Assembly: GCF_018390735.1 (NCBI RefSeq)
Contig: NZ_JAHBCL010000017.1
Coordinates: 18,384-50,383 of the forward strand
Length of the DNA: 32,000 nt
Origin: Fusibacter paucivorans
GTDB taxonomy: Bacteria; Bacillota; Clostridia; Peptostreptococcales; Acidaminobacteraceae
Direction of reading: 5' to 3'
Made by a program: the position numbers and the translations under genes. Under the pieces are notes generated by a model. That model was not told the DNA's origin. It did no database searches and saw nothing but the letters and a program-made list of their open reading frames with translations. The first letter of the stretch is position 1; each line of letters opens with the position of its first letter. Shown here piece after piece: positions 27,420 to 32,000 of the stretch.

Positions 27420-27755
27420 ATGATCAACAGCTTTAAAGATGCATTCAACTTTGAGACCAGCAAAGTCTTTTGTCTGGAAGATAATGAAATCGTAGAATTA
27501 GAAATGCCGATTTTGATGGACCTTTCGCAACTTTCGTACGGCAAGCTTAAAGTCATTACAAAATCAGATTACCCTATCAATCAATTTGTCAACATTGACG
27601 TCACTTTTTTGAGGACGCGTTTTTCTTTGGTTGGCAAAGTGCTGGAAGTGCATGAAACCAGTGATCATCTTTATGAAATCAACATTAGTTTGGAAGCATT
27701 GCCCAGCGGCATGATTTCTGAACTGAAAGAGAGTATGGCGATTATTCGGATTTAA
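27420..27755 (+). CDS. Small PilZ-like beta-barrel protein with non-canonical motifs (hypothetical)
   Basis: 111 aa with a strong SD (AAGGAGG). The pattern MDLSQLSYGKLKV ... FSLVGKVLEV ... YEINISLEALP resembles the PilZ core. There is no RxxxR motif (no Arg in the first 60 residues), and the DxSxxG motif is distorted. Confidence 0.4.
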   Translation: MINSFKDAFNFETSKVFCLEDNEIVELEMPILMDLSQLSYGKLKVITKSDYPINQFVNIDVTFLRTRFSLVGKVLEVHETSDHLYEINISLEALPSGMISELKESMAIIRI

Positions 27756-27765
27756 TGATATTTGT

Positions 27766-27795
27766 TTGTCAGGTTTGCCGAATTTTAGGTATAAT
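27766..27795 (+). promoter_or_regulatory. Candidate sigma-A promoter for the HD-GYP gene
   Basis: TTGTCA (27766-27771), an 18-nt spacer, then TATAAT (27790-27795). Confidence 0.55.
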
Positions 27796-27848
27796 AGAAA
27801 TGTAGTGTGAAGTCTTTACAAATCTTTTTAATTGGATGGTGATAGACT

Positions 27849-29048
27849 GTGAGAAAAATAGCGACAAGTCAGTTGGAGCCGGGCATGATCCTCGGTGCTC
27901 CCATCGTTAGCAATGATAGCATGATAGAGCTATTGAGCAAAGGGACGAAACTTTCAAAAAGACATATTGCCCTCATTTCCCAGATGAGCATTGAAGATGT
28001 CTATATTTTGGACCATGCGGAAGAGCTCGATGAATCTGTCGAAATGGATCTGACTGATCTCGCTAATCGAGCGCATACGGAAGGCAAGCCCTTTGATGCA
28101 GATAAGCTGCAAAAGGCGCTGGATGAGATTGAAACACATGTCTATGAACCGGCAACCCGCTCTGCTGTCAACGCCAATATGGCGGTTCACGTATTGACAG
28201 GCGAAGGGAATGTGCCAATTGACGTGAAGCATGAAGAAGCTTTGCTGGATACCAAAAAGGTGATTGAAAATATCAAGGACGATGGGGAGTTGGATCTCGA
28301 TCGCATCAGGCGCAATGTCGAAGAAACACTGCCGGATATGATTCGAAATAACGATGTACTCATGCGTCTCAATCAGCTTAAGGCTTCGGATGATTATACG
28401 TTTCATCATTCGCTGCGGGTTTCGATTTTAGCGTCGATGATAGGGAAATGGCTTGGATACAGTGAGCCTGAAATTTTAGAGCTCGCCGAAGCAGGTCTTT
28501 TATTCGATATGGGAAAACTTCATATTCCGGAATTTTTACTTCAAAAACCTGGGCAAGTGACACCTGATGAATTTGAACTCATTAAAAAACATGCACAATT
28601 TGGGTACAGCATTCTGCTTAAGACGCGTGGGGTCAGCAACAATATCAAGTATGCTGCGCTGCACCACCACGAGCGCATGGACGGCAGCGGTTATCCGCTG
28701 AGACTGCGTGAAAATCAGATTCATGATTTTGCGAAAGTTATCATGGTCTGCGACGTTTTTGATGCACTGATTTCAGATCGTCCATACAAAAAGGCAATCT
28801 CGCCGATTATGGCGGCTGAATATCTTTCGTGGACTAGCGGCAAGCTCTTTGATTCAAAAGTCTGTTACGTCCTGATTAAAAAACTTTCTGAGTTTTACCT
28901 TGGCAAGACGGTGAAGCTCACCAACGGCGATGTCGGTAAAATTGTTTTCATCGAAGAAAATTATCCGACGAGGCCAATTGTTCAAGTGGGTGAAAAATTT
29001 GTGAATCTCATCAAAGAGCGTTCTATTAATGTTGAAACGTTGATGTAA
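27849..29048 (+). CDS. HD-GYP domain protein (cyclic-dinucleotide phosphodiesterase family) with an N-terminal regulatory region of about 180 aa
   Basis: HHSLRVS ... LLFDMGKLHIP ... KKHAQFG ... HHHERMDGSGYP ... CDVFDALISDRPYK. GTG start with GGATGGTGA upstream. The HD dyad position reads FD (F219, codon 28503-28505). Confidence 0.85.
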   Translation: MRKIATSQLEPGMILGAPIVSNDSMIELLSKGTKLSKRHIALISQMSIEDVYILDHAEELDESVEMDLTDLANRAHTEGKPFDADKLQKALDEIETHVYEPATRSAVNANMAVHVLTGEGNVPIDVKHEEALLDTKKVIENIKDDGELDLDRIRRNVEETLPDMIRNNDVLMRLNQLKASDDYTFHHSLRVSILASMIGKWLGYSEPEILELAEAGLLFDMGKLHIPEFLLQKPGQVTPDEFELIKKHAQFGYSILLKTRGVSNNIKYAALHHHERMDGSGYPLRLRENQIHDFAKVIMVCDVFDALISDRPYKKAISPIMAAEYLSWTSGKLFDSKVCYVLIKKLSEFYLGKTVKLTNGDVGKIVFIEENYPTRPIVQVGEKFVNLIKERSINVETLM

Positions 29049-29157
29049 TGCTAGCGTTCACAGTTGCTTCTCAATAAAAGAGACGATTTAGTGATTGATT
29101 TTATTGTGGCAAACATTGGTGTTTTGGATTAAGAACTGTGTTTTTAGCCATGTGGGC

Positions 29158-29186
29158 TTGACATTTTTTGATGAATTGATTATATT
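29158..29186 (+). promoter_or_regulatory. Candidate sigma-A promoter for the tyrS leader
   Basis: TTGACA (29158-29163), a 17-nt spacer, then TATATT (29181-29186). Confidence 0.6.
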
Positions 29187-29204
29187 TATATCACTTGGAA
29201 GAAC

Positions 29205-29446
29205 TAAATAATAGAGCGTATGGATTGAAGAAAGGCCTCTCATGGGGATTTAGAGAGCAGTGTGGCAGGTGAAAACACTGACGATATGGGTTGTTTCATT
29301 ACACTTCAAGAGCTTTTACGGGAAACCGTGACGCATGCTGAGCGTTAAACAGTTTAAGGCAATTGTATTGGCAATATCAATACAATTGTAAAGTAAGGTG
29401 GTAACACGGGTGCTCTCGTCCTTCGACGGGGAGCGCCCTTTTTTAT
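29205..29446 (+). promoter_or_regulatory. T-box leader with a Tyr specifier
   Basis: AGAGAG bulge and distal loop CAGGTGAAAAC. Candidate specifier TAC followed by A at 29300-29302. T-box sequence AAGTAAGGTGGTAACACGG. Terminator GGGTGCTCTCGTC-CTTC-GACGGGGAGCGCCC plus TTTTTTAT at 29408-29446. tyrS lies downstream. Confidence 0.85.
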
Positions 29447-29656
29447 TTGTATCAGATGGATGCTGCAAATCTTATGAAAAAAGATTTGAACTTACTTTGA
29501 GTATTTTACAGGTGAATAGTCCCCAAAACATGGTGGTCACAAATCAGGGTAATAAGATAGAAGAAAAGATGAGTCTAAAAGAAGAAAGATAAAAGAAAAA
29601 ATAAAAGAAAAGATTCTTTTGTATAAGATTATTTAAAGATAGGAAGGTGTTTTGAC

Positions 29657-30892
29657 ATGCAGACAAAGAATGTATACGATACGCTGATGGAGCGTGGTTA
29701 CATTGAACAGGTGACACATGAGGACGAAGTCAGGGAATTGCTTGAAAAAGAGCGCGTAACGTTTTATATCGGCTTTGACCCTACGGCTGACAGTCTTCAT
29801 TTGGGTCACTTTATTCAAATTATGGTAATGATGCATATGCAGCGTGCGGGCCATATCCCCATTGCACTGGTTGGGGCCGGCACGGCAAAGGTTGGCGATC
29901 CTTCGGGCAAGACGGATATGCGTAAAATGCTGACATCCGGACAGCTCGATGAAAACGCCATGGCGCTTAAGAGACAAATGCAGCAATATCTGACACTGGA
30001 CGGTGAAAACGGTATCCTCGCCAATAATGCAGACTGGCTCGACCATCTGAATTACATTACTTTTTTAAGAGAAGTCGGCGTCAAATTTTCAGTGAATAAA
30101 ATGCTGACGGCAGAATGCTTTAAGTCGCGACTTGAGCGCGGCCTCAGCTTCTTGGAATTTAACTACATGATTATGCAGGCGTATGATTTTCTCGAACTCA
30201 ATAATCGACATCACTGCAAAATGCAGTTCGGCGGCAATGACCAGTGGTCCAATATCATCGCCGGTGTTGAATTATGCCGCAAGATAAAGAGCGAGCAGGT
30301 ATACGGTCTCACTTTTAAACTGCTCTTGACCAGCGATGGCAAAAAAATGGGTAAGACGGAAAAGGGCGCCATTTGGATTGATTCTGATAAAACGTCGCCT
30401 TATGAACTGTTTCAATACCTTCGCAATATTGAAGATGCAGATGTTGAAAACTGTCTGCGCCTATTGACATTCCTGCCAATGGATGAAGTAAAGCGTTTGG
30501 CAGCACTTGAAGGTTCTGAGATCAATCATGCGAAAGAAGTTTTGGCCTTTGAGTTTACGAAGATCGTTCATGGTGAAGCGGAAGCACAAAAGGCGCTGGA
30601 TGCAGCAAAGGCGCTCTTTGCAGGCGGCGGCGACAGTGAAAACATACCAACGACAATGGTACCGCTCTCAGCGATTGAAGCGGGTTTGCCGCTTTTGGAT
30701 GCAATGATTTACATTGGTCTGATTAAATCAAAAGGTGAGGGCAAACGCCTGATTCAGCAAAATGGCGTCGCCGTCAATGATGTAACAGTCGCTGACTTTG
30801 CAAGAATCTTAACACCTGAAGACTTAACAGATGGCAGTCTCATGATTCGAAAAGGCAAAAAAGTATACCAACGTATTACAGTTGAATCCTAA
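29657..30892 (+). CDS. tyrS: Tyrosine--tRNA ligase
   Basis: HIGH-type motif (DSLHLGH), KMGKT (the KMSKS equivalent), GGNDQW, and a C-terminal S4-like domain ([17 protein letters not shown]). Confidence 0.92.
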   Translation: MQTKNVYDTLMERGYIEQVTHEDEVRELLEKERVTFYIGFDPTADSLHLGHFIQIMVMMHMQRAGHIPIALVGAGTAKVGDPSGKTDMRKMLTSGQLDENAMALKRQMQQYLTLDGENGILANNADWLDHLNYITFLREVGVKFSVNKMLTAECFKSRLERGLSFLEFNYMIMQAYDFLELNNRHHCKMQFGGNDQWSNIIAGVELCRKIKSEQVYGLTFKLLLTSDGKKMGKTEKGAIWIDSDKTSPYELFQYLRNIEDADVENCLRLLTFLPMDEVKRLAALEGSEINHAKEVLAFEFTKIVHGEAEAQKALDAAKALFAGGGDSENIPTTMVPLSAIEAGLPLLDAMIYIGLIKSKGEGKRLIQQNGVAVNDVTVADFARILTPEDLTDGSLMIRKGKKVYQRITVES

Positions 30893-30921
30893 AAGCGAAC
30901 TGTTTTTCAATAAAAAATATC

Positions 30922-30977
30922 GGCATTTCCGAATATGGGATAACAAATTTTATCCATGTAGCGGGATGCCTTTTTTT
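30922..30977 (+). terminator. Intrinsic terminator after tyrS
   Basis: Long imperfect hairpin. GGCATTTCCG pairs with CGGGATGCC and the inner ATGGGATAA pairs with TTATCCAT. TTTTTTT follows at 30971-30977. Confidence 0.7.
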
Positions 30978-31004
30978 ATCTTTAAAACTTAATGGGTATT
31001 TCAT

Positions 31005-31033
31005 TTATCATTTCTGAAAGAATGGGTTATAAT
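31005..31033 (+). promoter_or_regulatory. Candidate promoter for the ABC exporter genes
   Basis: TTATCA (31005-31010), a 17-nt spacer, then TATAAT (31028-31033). Confidence 0.4.
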
Positions 31034-31056
31034 ATTAGCATATTGAGGAGGCATAA

Positions 31057-31842
31057 ATGATTGAAGTCAGCGGATTAAAAAAATCCTATAAACTCAGTAA
31101 ACGACAGCTTGCGATGATTGCCGATCGACAGGCGCGGCAAAAAGTAAAAATTGCCGTCAGCGATCTTTCTTTCACTGTGAGGCCCGGCACTATTTTTGGA
31201 TTGCTAGGTCCAAACGGCGCGGGCAAGACGACAACGCTCCGATGCATTTCAACCCTGTTAAAACCAACGGATGGCAAAGTGCTCGTCATGGGGATTGATG
31301 CTGAAGAATCACCTGAAAAAGTCAGGGCATCTATTGCATTTTTAACGAACGACTTGAAGCTCGATAAACACTTTACACCGCTGGATACCCTTCGCTTCTT
31401 TGCAGATTTGCATCGTGTGCCAAAAGCACTTGCTGAAGAAAGAGCGGATGTGTTATTTGAATATTTTGATATTACGCCTTTTAAAGACAAAAAAATTGGT
31501 GAACTGTCACAGGGGATGATGCAAAAGGTCGCCATTGCGGTAAGTCTTATTCACGATCCGCCAGTCGTCATTTTCGATGAGCCTACCAATGGCCTCGATA
31601 TCATTACGGCGCGAAAAGTGACCGATTATTTAAAAATGCTTCGAGATCAGGGTAAAACGATTATCATTTCAACGCATATCATGACAGTTGCCGAAAAACT
31701 CTGTGATGAAATAGCCGTCATTTTAAACGGCTCACTGGCCGCGGCGGGGACAGTTGCATCACTGCTTGAACAGACGGGGCAAAAAGATCTTGACGATGCC
31801 TTTTTTGAAATTTATCGAGCGGAAAATGGAGGTGTCTCATGA
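31057..31842 (+). CDS. ABC transporter ATP-binding protein (ABC-2 / NatA-like exporter subfamily)
   Basis: Walker A GPNGAGKTT, signature LSQGMMQKV, Walker B VIFDEP. GAGGAGG SD. ATGA overlap with the downstream permease. Confidence 0.85.
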   Translation: MIEVSGLKKSYKLSKRQLAMIADRQARQKVKIAVSDLSFTVRPGTIFGLLGPNGAGKTTTLRCISTLLKPTDGKVLVMGIDAEESPEKVRASIAFLTNDLKLDKHFTPLDTLRFFADLHRVPKALAEERADVLFEYFDITPFKDKKIGELSQGMMQKVAIAVSLIHDPPVVIFDEPTNGLDIITARKVTDYLKMLRDQGKTIIISTHIMTVAEKLCDEIAVILNGSLAAAGTVASLLEQTGQKDLDDAFFEIYRAENGGVS

Positions 31843-32000
31843 GCCAAGCACTAAAGAGTATTATTAGAAGAGAGCTAAAACGTATTTTTACAGATCGCAG
31901 AATGGTGATTACACTGTTTCTCATACCGGCACTCAGTATTGGCGTGATTTATTCTGTCATGGGGTATCTTTCCATGAACTTTATAAAAGATGTTGAAGCG
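31839..32000 (+). CDS. ABC-2 type permease, N-terminal fragment truncated by the right window edge
   Basis: The ATG at 31839 overlaps the ATPase stop. Translation MSQALKSIIRRELKRIFTDRRMVITLFLIPALSIGVIYSV is the typical cytoplasmic N-terminus plus first TM helix of ABC-2/NatB-like permeases. The ORF is open to the window end. Confidence 0.65.
   Translation, partial: MSQALKSIIRRELKRIFTDRRMVITLFLIPALSIGVIYSVMGYLSMNFIKDVEA

Noticed and set aside
29398-29592. 64-aa plus-strand ORF that starts inside the Tyr T-box antiterminator/terminator.
   Set aside because: It starts within a conserved RNA element, has no SD, and its C-terminal half simply translates the purine-rich tract.
30991-31027. AATGGGT direct repeat 30 bp apart, flanking the candidate ABC promoter. 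A DnaA-box-like TTATCCATG also occurs at about 30949-30957.
   Set aside because: A single 7-mer pair in a 160-bp AT-rich spacer is about what chance would give. The DnaA-like 9-mer is a lone imperfect copy that forms part of the tyrS terminator stem.
1-32000. A search by eye for CRISPR-like spaced repeats, IS or transposon ends, integrase or recombinase genes, toxin-antitoxin pairs, restriction-modification genes or other defence genes, tRNA or rRNA genes, and abrupt compositional islands.
   Set aside because: None were found. Every substantial ORF is accounted for by biosynthetic, housekeeping or envelope functions. The only tandem repeat is the 10-bp array at 17271-17320, which is reported as a finding.

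Overview
This looks like an ordinary core-chromosome window from a moderate-GC Bacillota (Clostridia-like) anaerobe. I did not find a compelling novel system, and no rRNA or tRNA genes, CRISPR arrays, transposases, integrases, phage genes or recognisable defence genes were seen.

Left half (1 to about 16.6 kb, all minus strand): one long, tightly packed operon gated by a cobalamin riboswitch. The gene order is cbiX(S)-cbiC-cbiD-cbiE-cbiT-cbiL-cbiF-cbiG-cbiH-cbiJ, then the cobalt ECF transporter cbiMNQO, then the tetrapyrrole trunk genes hemA-sirC-(hemC/cobA/hemD fusion)-hemB-hemL. hemL runs off the left edge. Many stop and start codons overlap, so the genes appear translationally coupled.

Right half (16.8 to 32 kb, all plus strand):
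- A Met T-box leader and metG, followed by the conserved Bacillota block tatD / yabE-like (G5 + 3D) / rnmV / rsmA(ksgA).
- A RimJ-like GNAT and a DegV protein.
- A DHHW (AlgJ/AlgX-like) plus MBOAT acyltransferase pair, a small PilZ-like protein, and an HD-GYP protein with its own promoter.
- A Tyr T-box leader and tyrS.
- The start of an ABC-2 type exporter (ATPase plus a permease truncated at the right edge).

The most suggestive items, all of moderate interest:
- The MBOAT / DHHW / PilZ-like / HD-GYP neighbourhood. The HD dyad reads FD, and the PilZ-like protein lacks RxxxR.
- A 10-bp phased tandem repeat array and an unusually long spacer between the Met T-box terminator and metG.
- A purine-rich spacer after the Tyr T-box.
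- A three-domain HemC-CobA-HemD fusion that keeps an internal SD and ATG cluster.

All calls rest on reading the sequence and on motif recognition. No database search was run.
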